Below are positions 44,278 through 54,847 of a stretch of 64,000 nucleotides of DNA, one piece after another. Source of the DNA: Patescibacteria group bacterium (GTDB lineage: Bacteria > Patescibacteriota > Patescibacteriia > SBBC01 > CAIJZX01). The position numbers and the translations under genes are program-made. Under the pieces are notes generated by a model. The model saw nothing but the letters and a program-made list of their open reading frames with translations, searched no databases and was not told where the DNA came from. The stretch is from NCBI GenBank assembly GCA_038065275.1, contig JBBTRH010000005.1, positions 103,195-167,194 of the forward strand, given 5' to 3'. Positions within the stretch are counted from its first letter, which is position 1; the number at the start of each line of letters is the position of its first letter.

Positions 44278-47200
44278 TTACTGTTGAACGATAACTTTCA
44301 GGCCGGTGTCAACCCACTGTTTGGGGTCGTAGCGGTTATTGCCGAGGATATCGGTATCGTGACAGGCCGTATCGTTGCCGCTCAAATTGTCCGTCGCGTC
44401 GTTACACCAGCCCCAGCCGTCCTTAACCTGGATTTTGATGGCGAACTGGCAGGAGGTGCGGCCGTTGGTTGTGGCGCAGTTCTTGGTGTCGCCGCGGTTG
44501 ACGGCGTAAACATGGGAGAAGATGTGCGGCTTGGCCGGGTCATTGCGCGGCGCGAAGGGGTAGGCGAAGTCGTCCTGGCCGTCGCCCCAGTCGATGCGGA
44601 TCTTGCTCAGCGGCACCTGTTCCGGATCGGCGTTGGTGTTGAACTTGAGGCCGACGCTGCCGCCGCCGCCGACGATGGTGGCGGTTGTCGCCGACCCGGT
44701 CACGAACTTGACGTTGGTCACCGCGGGCGGAATGGCGCAGTAGTCGGCTTGACTGCCGGCCGCGTAGGGCGGACGGAGGTATTTCGCCTGCGGGGCGGCG
44801 GTCGGCTTGGCGGCGTTGGTGTACGTCGTATCCGATGTGCACCGACCGGTACAAGTGTATTTTCCATTGGTCGGTCCACCAGCATACGAACATGGGTTTT
44901 CCAACTTAAAGGTCGTGTACGGTACGATTGTTCCGGACAGGCCAGGGCAGTCTTCGGGATGGTTACCGTTACACGCGGTTTGGGTAGCGATATCACACCT
45001 ACCGGTGGTGTTACCGGTCGGTTGGCAATCAGTAACGGTCGTACAGGCTATACCGATGCGATTATTCGTCGTCGACGTATCGGAACACACTTTAACGGCA
45101 ATCGCATTGCACAGGGCGGTGGTGTTTACGGGTGGCCCGGATGGCCGGCAATCCGCATCGGTGGCGCATGTTTTTCCGATTCTAGAATTTGTAACTGTAT
45201 CTGAACACGCTTTCGGTACCGGCATCGTGATCGCCGTATTTGGGGCAATCGGAATGGTACCGGCGTAGGTTATCCCGCATCGTGTCAGGGCGTCCCTCAT
45301 GGCCGCCTGACGCAACTCCGCGTTATCGACTCCGGGAACAGGCGAGACCCCCGAAACTTGAGTTGAAGCCGAACACGTTTGCGGCACCGCTGAACAGGCG
45401 TTGGGGTCGGTGTAGGCCGGATTGGCCGGGCAGATCACGGCCGGCGGTTTCCAGCCGACGAAGGCCGCCGCGTCGGGATCTTCCGAATTGGGAACCAGCG
45501 TGTACTTCCCGCCGGAATAATTCCAAATACCATGCGACTGGGCGAACAGCCGCTTGATCCGCTCTTGCGCGAAATATGAATCACCGGTCGAGAGGGTCGA
45601 GCTGAAAAGTTGCGGCCCCTTTCCCGAGGCGGCATTGCTGGTGACGCCAGCACACTCGCCAGGGTCGGGCAAACCGTTCGTCTCGTGCTTCTGGCAGTTC
45701 TGAACAAGTTGCGGCGTTGAACAATTATTGCCCGGGTCGACCGTACAGACCATCTTGTCGCACGGCCCGTTGCAGGCGTACGGCGCGCCGCCGCGCGACT
45801 GGCCCGGCGCGGAGCGATTCACATAGTTAGGCTGTTCGACCGGGAGCAACGGCCAATCGGACGGATTATCCGAAATCTGCGGTTGAAGCGCCCCGCCGTA
45901 CGGAGTCAGGTCGGTTTTGAGGGAGTAGTCAAGGTCGGGTACTTTGTAAGTCGACGAATTAATGCGGCCGGCGAAGGAACTGTTTTGACCGGACGAGTTG
46001 ACGACTTGGACAAGTTTACTGCATTTTTCTTTCATGAAGAACCTGGCTTTGTACCATAGACCTCCGGCTCCAGACGTACCGTCATCGAAAGCGGCGTGAA
46101 TATACTTCAGGAATCCAGTAGTTGAATCAAATTCAAATCGTACCGCCAACCAGTCTGCAGGATTGCCCCCTTCAATACATATCGACCATGGTTGGTCACT
46201 GTAATACCCTCCGCATCCGCCATTAGCCGCTGTGCTCTGGGCTATCTTAACTGTTCCCGGCCAGCTGTTGCCACCGATCTGGTCCTGGAAATTCAACTCA
46301 ACGAAGTAAAGGTCCTGGACATTCACCTGGGTGTCGCTACCTAAAGGTGGGTAGGCATTACCCAATGCCGCACCGGTTGATTTCACGCAAATCCCTTTCG
46401 TTGATCCTGGGTTGCCGCATGTTGAACCACCCGAGAGCTGGCTCACGATCGGAGAACAAACACAACTAAAATTGCTATTACACTCTCCCAGGTCACTATC
46501 ACCACAAATCTTGGCTTGAATATTTGTAGCCATCTCCTGATAATAACCACTTGAATAACCGCTATTCACGGGGTAGCCAGCCGCCTCCGCGCACAAGAAC
46601 AACGGCGCGCGGTCTTGGTAGCCGGCCGTTTTTTCCGAGCCGAAGATTGAGCTTTCGCCTTTGATGATGTCCACCGGCCACCAGGATAGGCAAGTGCCGG
46701 TTTGCGAATCGCGTTCCAGGCAGTAGCCTTTCCAGCCTTTGTAGACGATGCCGTTCGGATCGGCGTAGTCGCAAGACGGCGAGTCGTTCTTCGGATACAA
46801 GCGGCAGGAGGGGGTGATGTAGTTGGGGTTGGTGTTGACCTGCAGGATCGGCTTGATGATCACGTCGTCAACCTGGAACTTGATGCCGCAGGAGGCTTTG
46901 TCGGCGCAGACGAAAGCCAGCCGGGTGGCGCCGCTCATACCTTTAATCGGCCCGATCGTCACCCGTTGCCAGGCGGACGTCGTCGGCACGTCAACGTAGG
47001 AATTGGTGGTGACGCTCTTAGTACTCGAACAGGTGCCCGGCGCGACGCACTCGCTGTCGGCTGAGCAGGCGCGGTTGAGGTCGTTACTGCAGACCTGGAC
47101 CTTGTCGTTGACGGAGAACTTCGTGTAGCCGCCGTGTCCGAACTGCATCCGCACGACCGGATTGCCGCCGTCGGCTTTGATCCGCGCTTCGGCGTAGTAG

Positions 47201-48969
47201 TATTCCGACGGCGCGGCGGTGAAGACGTTCGAAGCGGCGCCGGAGAATGGCGCGTCGATATTCTGATTGGTGCACGTTCCCGCCGGCGCCGGTGTAGCGC
47301 AATCAGTCGCTTGGGTAGCAACGGTACAGACCTTCGCTGAGCTGTTTGAACAGCGCAGGTCTTGAAATTGCGTAATCGGCTCGACGACGAGGACGTGGTT
47401 CGGGCCGCTGTCCCGATCTTCAAAATCAACGCGGATGGCCTCGGGCGGGGTAACGCCGGCCGGCACGGCGGACCACGGATCGACTTCCGGCGCGCGGTAT
47501 TCGAAGTCGCCGTTCTTGATCTGCGTCTCGCCGCCGATTTGGCGCATCAACTGCCACGGCAACTGCCCCTGGATGACGTTCGCCCCGCCCTGCTGACCCC
47601 AGTCCAGGCCGGCCGCCACGTGGCCGGACAGGTCGGCCACCTTGGCCACGTCGGCCGGCGTCCGGTAGGTCAGGGTTTGGAGGGCCTTGGTCGGGGCGCT
47701 CGGGTCGGGATTGTTGCAGGAGCCGCCGCCCTGGCAGTCGGTATCGGCACTGCAAAAGCGCAACGGATCGTTATTGCACTGCCCCTGGGGGAGATAGCGG
47801 TTGCACTGCCCCTTGGTGTTCAGGCTGTTGCAGGCGCCGAGGTTCAAGCACAGGTTCTCGCCGGGGCCGCTAGCCGAAGCGTCGGTTTGGATGCTGGTGG
47901 CGCAGGTCAGCCACAGGTTACAGCCGCGGTCGTTGCGGACTTTGAGGATGGTGTTGGCGTTGCACCGCGGCCAGGACGAGGAGCACCGGGCCGCGGCCGG
48001 GGAGATGAAATTTCCTTTGCTGTCGTAACAGGACGATTCGTTGCACTGGGTCGGCGCGTCGTTGAGCGGCGTGTCAATCGAGCACTCCCCGCTCGTCGCG
48101 CCGGAGCGGCACGTCTCTCCAGCCTGACAGGTATAGCCGCACTGGGTACAGTCCTTAATCAGTTGGCCGGCGGACGAACAGTATTGCGTCCCCAGACAAC
48201 TGCCGATATCGACCGTGGTGCCGCCGCTCGAACAGGAGCCGGTGGCAAAGACGTGGTCAGACGAGCTTAAACTGGTGGTCAAGGTCAGGTCGCCGGTGGT
48301 GAAGGTGGCGTTATTCGCGCCGGTCGCCATCAGGCGGTAGTGGTACTTAGTATCCCGATTGAACGGCGTTTGGGTGGCGGTCGGAATGCGTAGCGAACGG
48401 AAGGCGTCGCTGGCCGTCGCTTCGGACGCGCCGGCGGCGTAGTCGGTGAAGTTGAGCTGGCCGGCCGCGTCCCAGCGAACCTCGACCGTGGCCGGTTTGG
48501 TGGTCGCGAAGTAGACGGAGCAGTACCGGTCGACGCAGTCGGTGCGGATGCGTTCGATGATCAGCAAACCCGAATCGCCGCTGGCGGTGGTAAAGGTCCG
48601 GTCGGCGCTGGCGGTCAGCATCTCGTTGCCGGCGGCGGGGAAAATCTGAATGGAAAAGTGGTAGGTGGTGCCGGGGTTGAGGCCGGAGACGGTGACGCTG
48701 TCGTTGCCGGCCGGATCAGCCAGCGATTTCTTCGGCACCAGCCGGCCGTAGGCGGTCGTCGGCCCGTAGGCGACCTGATAGCGCAAGCCGCCGGTGGCGG
48801 AACTGGTGTAGCTGAAGGACAGAGTGGCGTTGGTGGCCGAGGTAATGACGATATTGACGGCGGTAATGGTGGCGCTGGCCGACGTCTGGGCCAGCGAGGA
48901 GCGGCCCAATACCAGCACCGCGGCCAGCAGGCCGAAAATGACGGTCAACGATGTCAGGCGGGCGCGCAT
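44278..48969 (-). CDS. giant Cys-rich surface protein with N-terminal FN3-like domains (1563 aa)
   Basis: Signal peptide MRARLTSLTVIFGLLAAVLVLG. TATLSFSY...YHFSIQ FN3 signatures. Dense CxxC patterns. Confidence 0.6.
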   Translation of the reverse strand: MRARLTSLTVIFGLLAAVLVLGRSSLAQTSASATITAVNIVITSATNATLSFSYTSSATGGLRYQVAYGPTTAYGRLVPKKSLADPAGNDSVTVSGLNPGTTYHFSIQIFPAAGNEMLTASADRTFTTASGDSGLLIIERIRTDCVDRYCSVYFATTKPATVEVRWDAAGQLNFTDYAAGASEATASDAFRSLRIPTATQTPFNRDTKYHYRLMATGANNATFTTGDLTLTTSLSSSDHVFATGSCSSGGTTVDIGSCLGTQYCSSAGQLIKDCTQCGYTCQAGETCRSGATSGECSIDTPLNDAPTQCNESSCYDSKGNFISPAAARCSSSWPRCNANTILKVRNDRGCNLWLTCATSIQTDASASGPGENLCLNLGACNSLNTKGQCNRYLPQGQCNNDPLRFCSADTDCQGGGSCNNPDPSAPTKALQTLTYRTPADVAKVADLSGHVAAGLDWGQQGGANVIQGQLPWQLMRQIGGETQIKNGDFEYRAPEVDPWSAVPAGVTPPEAIRVDFEDRDSGPNHVLVVEPITQFQDLRCSNSSAKVCTVATQATDCATPAPAGTCTNQNIDAPFSGAASNVFTAAPSEYYYAEARIKADGGNPVVRMQFGHGGYTKFSVNDKVQVCSNDLNRACSADSECVAPGTCSSTKSVTTNSYVDVPTTSAWQRVTIGPIKGMSGATRLAFVCADKASCGIKFQVDDVIIKPILQVNTNPNYITPSCRLYPKNDSPSCDYADPNGIVYKGWKGYCLERDSQTGTCLSWWPVDIIKGESSIFGSEKTAGYQDRAPLFLCAEAAGYPVNSGYSSGYYQEMATNIQAKICGDSDLGECNSNFSCVCSPIVSQLSGGSTCGNPGSTKGICVKSTGAALGNAYPPLGSDTQVNVQDLYFVELNFQDQIGGNSWPGTVKIAQSTAANGGCGGYYSDQPWSICIEGGNPADWLAVRFEFDSTTGFLKYIHAAFDDGTSGAGGLWYKARFFMKEKCSKLVQVVNSSGQNSSFAGRINSSTYKVPDLDYSLKTDLTPYGGALQPQISDNPSDWPLLPVEQPNYVNRSAPGQSRGGAPYACNGPCDKMVCTVDPGNNCSTPQLVQNCQKHETNGLPDPGECAGVTSNAASGKGPQLFSSTLSTGDSYFAQERIKRLFAQSHGIWNYSGGKYTLVPNSEDPDAAAFVGWKPPAVICPANPAYTDPNACSAVPQTCSASTQVSGVSPVPGVDNAELRQAAMRDALTRCGITYAGTIPIAPNTAITMPVPKACSDTVTNSRIGKTCATDADCRPSGPPVNTTALCNAIAVKVCSDTSTTNNRIGIACTTVTDCQPTGNTTGRCDIATQTACNGNHPEDCPGLSGTIVPYTTFKLENPCSYAGGPTNGKYTCTGRCTSDTTYTNAAKPTAAPQAKYLRPPYAAGSQADYCAIPPAVTNVKFVTGSATTATIVGGGGSVGLKFNTNADPEQVPLSKIRIDWGDGQDDFAYPFAPRNDPAKPHIFSHVYAVNRGDTKNCATTNGRTSCQFAIKIQVKDGWGWCNDATDNLSGNDTACHDTDILGNNRYDPKQWVDTGLKVIVQQ

Positions 48970-48973
48970 GGGA

Positions 48974-51148
48974 TCAGTTGGTGCAAAGATTGGAAATATT
49001 ACAGCTGGTGATGCGGTAGTGATAGAGCTTGTCGGGCTGGAGGTTCGTCAGGGTGACGCGGTGATCGGTGTAATTTGCGCCGGCATCCGTCGGGTTGGCG
49101 TCATCATACCGCTCGCCGAGCGAGTAGGTACAGGGCACCGACGTCCCGTCGGGACGGGTTTTTTGCTGGCTGCAATCGGTGGTCAGGCCGTATTCGACTT
49201 CGCTGGTCGAGGCTTCGTCGGTCTGCCAGTGAATCGTCGCTTGGCAGGTGCCGCCCGGACCGGTGCAGGAGATATTGATGGCTTCGGGTTCGCAAATGGT
49301 CTGCCCGGGGAGACACTGGACTTGCGGCGGCGAGGTGTCGTTGTTGACGGTCACCGTCACGCTGGTCCACGGCGAGGTAGTGGCTGGGCCGGCCGTCGAA
49401 ACCGCCTGGGCGGAGAGGACATAGTCGCCGTTCGGGACTGACCCGCTCATGGTGTTCCACTGGTAGGAGAACGGGCACGATGAAGCGGCGGAAGGTCCAC
49501 CGCCGGTACAGCTTTGCGAGAGCGGCGGACGATTCGCGGTGGTGCCGCAACTGTTGGCGTCGGTGCAGGTGCGGGACTGACTATTGTTCGTACAGGCCGA
49601 CCATGCGCTACACGACCAGTTTTCGGTGCATGACGAGGTACAGGTTTGGGTGAGCGCCGGTCGATTCGTCGTCGTGCCACAGCTATTCGCGTCAGTACAC
49701 GTCCGACTTTGGGAATTATTGACGCAGGTCGACCAGTTGCCGCACGACCAGTTCTCCGTACAACCCGGAATGGCGGCCAAGGAAGCGCCGACATCCGAGC
49801 CGCCGCTCCCGGCGCCCCGCGCCGGCGAGCCGGATTGCAGGGTGAAATCTCCGGCTCCGGCGTTAACGAACAAGGGGTCGGCTTCACGGGAATTTGCGTC
49901 ACTGCCGGTAGTCGAGCGCCAAGCTGATAGGCTTCCGCCTTGGTTGCCGAAAGAAACCGCGCCGGCGCGATTGTGGAAAAGGTTGTAGTCGCCGCTGTAC
50001 CGGTTATTAGCCCAGCCGTCGTAGGAAAAAACAGCGGAGCCGCTGTAATCGAAAATGTTGTTCGTCCACGTGTCAGCCGGCGGACCGTCGCGGTAGGACA
50101 TGGTTTGTATCCCTTGATTTGACCCCCGCACAACGAAGGTGTTGTGATCAAAGGTATTGCCGAAACCGCCGACAATTGATCCGGCCGTTTGGCCCCAAAA
50201 GATGTTGTTAGAAAAAGTGTTATTGCCGCCGATGGCTTGAAAATAGGTCGCGCCGGCCGCGTCGGATCGGAAGGTGTTGCGGATAAAAGCGTTGTTGGCG
50301 GGAAACGTTTTGTCGACGTTCCCGGAAGCAATCCGGATCGCTTCCTGACTGTTCGTCCAGAAGGTGTTGTTTTCATAACGACCGTTGTCGGATTCGTCCC
50401 GCATATACAGCCCGATCGTGGTGCCGGTGGAGCGAATCGAATTACCAGTAAAAACGGTGTGCGTGGCGCAACGGATGCGAACCGAGGCGGTCGCTTCCGG
50501 CGGCGGGTCGTTGCGAGTGTTCAGGATGGTATTATTCGTCACCTGAGCGTCCAGGCGCGGGCAGGGGTGGACGTTGTCGCCCCAAATCTCCAACAATATT
50601 TTTACATTGGTCGACCCGCCGGTAATGGTGTTATTGGTCACGATCGGACGCAACGGGTGCCAGCCGATGGTATCGCTGTCATTGACCTGAATGCCGCCGG
50701 CCCCGACTGTGTTATTTTGAATGACCGCGTCGTCGCTCCCGAGGATGTAGATGCCGTTGACCGTCAAATTCTGGAAAGTGACGTGATTGACGGTGTTCCC
50801 ATACGTTCGCACGCTGGAACTTGACGTAAAATTACTAACCGTCACATTGCTTGGCGCGCCGGACCCGTAATCGACCACTTCGAGCGCGTCACCACCCGTC
50901 GTGGTAATCGTTTTTCCGTTGCCGTCGAACGTCAGATTGGTGACGTTCCCGCGAATGGAAAAACACGTACTACTACTGCTGACGTCATTGGCTAACCGAT
51001 AGTTCCCGTTATTGGTAATATTTTGACAGCCGGTCAGTGAGATGACGGTTTGCGCCGAGCTCCGGGTGACAAAGAAACCAGCCACGGCCACGCCGGCCAA
51101 GATCAGGAATAGGCGCGGTTGAAAGAATGACTGATGGCTGGTATTCAT
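48974..51148 (-). CDS. secreted right-handed beta-helix (pectate-lyase/NosD-like) repeat protein with tandem Cys repeats and C-terminal FN3
   Basis: Repeating NNT..N/GN motifs. Duplicated 40-aa CTENWSC..SQSRTCTDANSCGTT unit. Confidence 0.6.
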   Translation of the reverse strand: MNTSHQSFFQPRLFLILAGVAVAGFFVTRSSAQTVISLTGCQNITNNGNYRLANDVSSSSTCFSIRGNVTNLTFDGNGKTITTTGGDALEVVDYGSGAPSNVTVSNFTSSSSVRTYGNTVNHVTFQNLTVNGIYILGSDDAVIQNNTVGAGGIQVNDSDTIGWHPLRPIVTNNTITGGSTNVKILLEIWGDNVHPCPRLDAQVTNNTILNTRNDPPPEATASVRIRCATHTVFTGNSIRSTGTTIGLYMRDESDNGRYENNTFWTNSQEAIRIASGNVDKTFPANNAFIRNTFRSDAAGATYFQAIGGNNTFSNNIFWGQTAGSIVGGFGNTFDHNTFVVRGSNQGIQTMSYRDGPPADTWTNNIFDYSGSAVFSYDGWANNRYSGDYNLFHNRAGAVSFGNQGGSLSAWRSTTGSDANSREADPLFVNAGAGDFTLQSGSPARGAGSGGSDVGASLAAIPGCTENWSCGNWSTCVNNSQSRTCTDANSCGTTTNRPALTQTCTSSCTENWSCSAWSACTNNSQSRTCTDANSCGTTANRPPLSQSCTGGGPSAASSCPFSYQWNTMSGSVPNGDYVLSAQAVSTAGPATTSPWTSVTVTVNNDTSPPQVQCLPGQTICEPEAINISCTGPGGTCQATIHWQTDEASTSEVEYGLTTDCSQQKTRPDGTSVPCTYSLGERYDDANPTDAGANYTDHRVTLTNLQPDKLYHYRITSCNISNLCTN

Positions 51149-54100
51149 TGGCAGGTGAATTGCGTATCGAGCAGCGGCATTGACGCGCCCGGGGCGGTAA
51201 TTTTGAAGTTGATTCGGCTCATCGGATTATTGTCCGCTCCGACGCCGGTGACGGTCACCGTGCCCCGGACTTCGGTGCCGCCGGCCGGCTGGGTGATGGA
51301 AATAGTCGGCGGGGTGTTGTCCGGCGCGGCCGAGGTGGTGAAGCGCAACGGTCCGCCGGCATCGGTTTTCAGAGTTGAAACGTTGCCGGTTGGGTAGGCC
51401 TGGTCTCGCGAGGTCAGGCCGTAGTAATAGGTAGTCAGCGGATTTAGGCCGGTGTAGGTAATGACGTGACAACCGGCGGTGCAATTGGCCGCGTCGTACC
51501 TGGTGCCGACGATGTTGGCGTCGTTTTGCGTCGCGTCGGGGTAGATGGTAATGCGCGAATCGGCCAGCTCATTGGTCTGCCAGGAAATCGTCACCTGATC
51601 GAAGCTGACGCTGGCCGTCGGGTTGGTAATCGTCGGCGGAATAATGTCGGGCATGACGCTGAGCGCGGCCGTGGTTTGTTTTTGGATGACGTCCGGCAGG
51701 GTGCCCGACGTGCCGGTCAGGGTCAGGGTAAAATTGCACGGTCCGGGCGGCGCACATTGGACCGGACTGCCGGCCGTCGCGTTGATCGTCACGCCGGTTC
51801 CGCCGCCGCCGGCCGGCACGAAATCATTGGGGCTGATGACGGCGGTGATGTTCGGGTCGGTTGACGTCAGGGCGAGGTGGACGGCGCCGGTAAAGCCGCT
51901 CAAGGCGGTGACGGCGGCGTTGAAGAACGCCGGCACTCCGGAACCCGCCACGACCGACCCGGCGGCGCTCCCGAGGGTCAGATCGAAGTCCGGCGGCGGC
52001 GTGGCCGTCAAGTAAACGGTCACGGAGTGCGTCAGCGTGCCGTCGTTAGCGGTCACGATAATCGGCGTATCCGTCGCCACGGTGACGGTCGTCGCCAGCG
52101 TCAAAATCGAGGTGGCGGTGCCGCCGCCGCTGGGGTTGCCGCTGAGGGGGGTGGAGGCGGCGGTCACGCCGGCCGGCAAGGCGCCGGTGGTCCAGCTCAG
52201 GCCGGGCGGTGAATTGTAGACGTAGGTCGACGAACCGGCGACATTCAGCGTAAAGCTGGCGCTTTGCCCGGCCACCACGGTCCGGCTGACCGGGACCGCG
52301 GACAGCGTGAAGTCCGGCGTGGCGGTCAGCGACAAGGTGACTTGCGCGGTCTTGGTGATGCCGCCGGAAGTTCCGGTCACGGTCAGGGTGTACGGTCCGC
52401 CGCCGGCGCCGGGGGTTGAAGTGACGATCAGCACCGAGTAGTCGGCGGTGACGCCGGCCGTCAAGGCGACGCCCGGCGACGACATCAAGGCGGTCAAACC
52501 GGTCGGCGGGCTGGTCGGCGTCAACCCCACCGTTCCGATGAAACCGTTCACCGCCGCCACCTTGATCGTGAAGAGCGCCGTCGTGCCGGCCGCGACCGTT
52601 CGGCTGGCCGGCGGGACGGGGGTTAGGTCGAAGGTCGGGACGTTGTAGGTGACGTTGGTGCTGGCCGAGCCTTCGTTGCCGGCCCGATCGGTCGCAAACG
52701 CCACCAGCGTGTTCAAGCTCGGGTTAAGCGCCAGCCCGCTGGCGGACCAACTGACGGCGGCGCTCGGAACGATGGAGACGTTCGAACGCGGCCCGCCGTT
52801 GACCGAGATTTCAATCTTCGACACTTGATCATTATCGTTCGCCGCGCCGTTAGCCGTCACGGTTGGCGTGGTCACGGTCGCCGGAGCGCTGATCGTCACC
52901 GTCGGTACGGTGTTGTCGAAAATAAACGCCGCCGTGGCGGGAGTCGAATTATTCGTGCCGTCGTTGGCTATGGCGGTGATCACATGATTCACCGCTCCGG
53001 TCAGCTGGGCGCAGGGCAACGACACTGACCACGAGGTCGTGCCGATCGCCGTCACCGGCGGGTTGCCGTCCAGCGTCACGGTCACGTTCTGGACCGCGCC
53101 GGGCGCCGTGTCAGACGCGGTGCCGGTAATCGTCAGCGGACAGGTTTTGTTGAACGGCGGGATGGGGTTGATGGCGATGGTGGGGGGGATGGCGTCGAGC
53201 GCGGGGGTGGTGAAGGAACCGCCAAAGGCACCTGAGCCGACGCTGGAGCCGAAAGATTCAGCGGCGTAGTAATATGTTGTATTTGCCATCAGGTTACTGA
53301 TAACCGGACTATGGCTGTAGGATGCGCTTCCGCCAGACCACGCTATTGCGCTGGAGGTCGGCATAGCGTATTTTGCGATACCTGTATTAAGACCGGTTGC
53401 TATCAGCTCATTTCCACGAACAACAGTAATACCAATGATACCTCCAGGAAGCAAGACTCCAGGATTACTATCAAACACCGCCGAGGGAATGGCTGTAGCT
53501 TTATAGTGTAGTATCGAACCCTCTGTTGCTGCCCAAAATTCATTAGCAGCCACCATGTGTATTTTTTCGATACGAACTGCGCCGGTGTTAACAAACACCG
53601 GTGCATTCCAAGTTGCTCCGTTATCTGGCGTAGTTATTTTATAGAGAAGACCGCTCGTAGAAAGGCCACCTATCCAAATGGTTTGACCATCGAAAGTGGC
53701 CACCGTAGAGAAGCTGTCTGAGATTGAAGTGATAACCGGCGTCCAGGTACACGCGCCTGGGTTCAGTATGTTCTCGCAGTGAATAATCGTTCCATTTCTT
53801 CCCACCGCCCAAACATCGCGGTTGCCAGATACCGTCATGGCATTCAACGACGTTGCACCGCTGTAGACTTGGTTCCAAGTCGTTCCGTTGTAATAATAGA
53901 TATACGATCCAACGCCATTATTCGGGGTTACCGAGACGACTGCCGTTGTCGACGAGGTAGCCACTATTGAAAAAACATTGTAATTCGAGGGTGACGGAGC
54001 AATAAATGGAAGCGGTACTGGCATCCAGGTTTGTCCGCCATTCGTTGACTGTAAAACAGTGTTGTTCTGTCCGGCTGCCCAAACAATTGAATCATTATAC

Positions 54101-54843
54101 GCTGAAATCGAATAAATGTAGGAGGTCGTCCCTGAGTTTTGCGCTCCCCAAACACCGGCGGGGTTGCGGTGAACGATATAGCCTTGCGTGCCACCTGCCC
54201 ACACATGCCCAGAACTCGTTGACTCGACGGATCCCAAGTGATAGCCGGAAACGAAAGGATTTGTTTCCATGGTCCAACTCGGAGGATTTGGCCCGTAGAT
54301 CACTGTTGAATCCCCCGGAAACGGCGTCGTCCAGCTTATGTTCCGTTTACAAGTAGTGGTGCATCCCGCATCGGCATCCGATGGGGTGAATTGAGGAGCC
54401 GGCCAGGTGGTGACCGGACCGACATTGACGTTATCGTACTGCGCGCCGCTCACCGCTTCGATAAAAATGTTCTGGTACGTCCGGCTGCTACGTAAGCCGG
54501 CGTAGGTTACGTTGCAGGGAGAAGATTCGCAGATACCCTGCGACAGATTCTTCCACATGGTCGGGTCGGAGAACTGGGAACCGACGCACTGCGTCGAGTT
54601 GCCGAGACAGGCATACACCTCGTAGCCCACGGCGCGGGCGGCATAGACATCGACGGTGAAACCGTCGGCCGTCGGCCGGAGATTGTCATAGCCGACAGTC
54701 AAGTCAGGACAGTTGTTGGGATAACATGGCGGGATTTCGGCTCGGACGCGTTCGGATCGGCTGAACACGAGCGTCGCCACGACCAGCGCTCCCAGCAACA
54801 GCGTGGTTTTCATCAGGTGCGAATGAGAAGACGATCGATTCAT
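51145..54843 (-). CDS. giant surface protein with BNR/YCF48-like propeller repeats and multiple Ig-like domains (1232 aa)
   Basis: BNR motifs STNGGQTW, DNGATWN. 4-nt overlap with the upstream gene. Confidence 0.6.
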   Translation of the reverse strand: MNRSSSHSHLMKTTLLLGALVVATLVFSRSERVRAEIPPCYPNNCPDLTVGYDNLRPTADGFTVDVYAARAVGYEVYACLGNSTQCVGSQFSDPTMWKNLSQGICESSPCNVTYAGLRSSRTYQNIFIEAVSGAQYDNVNVGPVTTWPAPQFTPSDADAGCTTTCKRNISWTTPFPGDSTVIYGPNPPSWTMETNPFVSGYHLGSVESTSSGHVWAGGTQGYIVHRNPAGVWGAQNSGTTSYIYSISAYNDSIVWAAGQNNTVLQSTNGGQTWMPVPLPFIAPSPSNYNVFSIVATSSTTAVVSVTPNNGVGSYIYYYNGTTWNQVYSGATSLNAMTVSGNRDVWAVGRNGTIIHCENILNPGACTWTPVITSISDSFSTVATFDGQTIWIGGLSTSGLLYKITTPDNGATWNAPVFVNTGAVRIEKIHMVAANEFWAATEGSILHYKATAIPSAVFDSNPGVLLPGGIIGITVVRGNELIATGLNTGIAKYAMPTSSAIAWSGGSASYSHSPVISNLMANTTYYYAAESFGSSVGSGAFGGSFTTPALDAIPPTIAINPIPPFNKTCPLTITGTASDTAPGAVQNVTVTLDGNPPVTAIGTTSWSVSLPCAQLTGAVNHVITAIANDGTNNSTPATAAFIFDNTVPTVTISAPATVTTPTVTANGAANDNDQVSKIEISVNGGPRSNVSIVPSAAVSWSASGLALNPSLNTLVAFATDRAGNEGSASTNVTYNVPTFDLTPVPPASRTVAAGTTALFTIKVAAVNGFIGTVGLTPTSPPTGLTALMSSPGVALTAGVTADYSVLIVTSTPGAGGGPYTLTVTGTSGGITKTAQVTLSLTATPDFTLSAVPVSRTVVAGQSASFTLNVAGSSTYVYNSPPGLSWTTGALPAGVTAASTPLSGNPSGGGTATSILTLATTVTVATDTPIIVTANDGTLTHSVTVYLTATPPPDFDLTLGSAAGSVVAGSGVPAFFNAAVTALSGFTGAVHLALTSTDPNITAVISPNDFVPAGGGGTGVTINATAGSPVQCAPPGPCNFTLTLTGTSGTLPDVIQKQTTAALSVMPDIIPPTITNPTASVSFDQVTISWQTNELADSRITIYPDATQNDANIVGTRYDAANCTAGCHVITYTGLNPLTTYYYGLTSRDQAYPTGNVSTLKTDAGGPLRFTTSAAPDNTPPTISITQPAGGTEVRGTVTVTGVGADNNPMSRINFKITAPGASMPLLDTQFTCQ

Positions 54844-54847
54844 AACA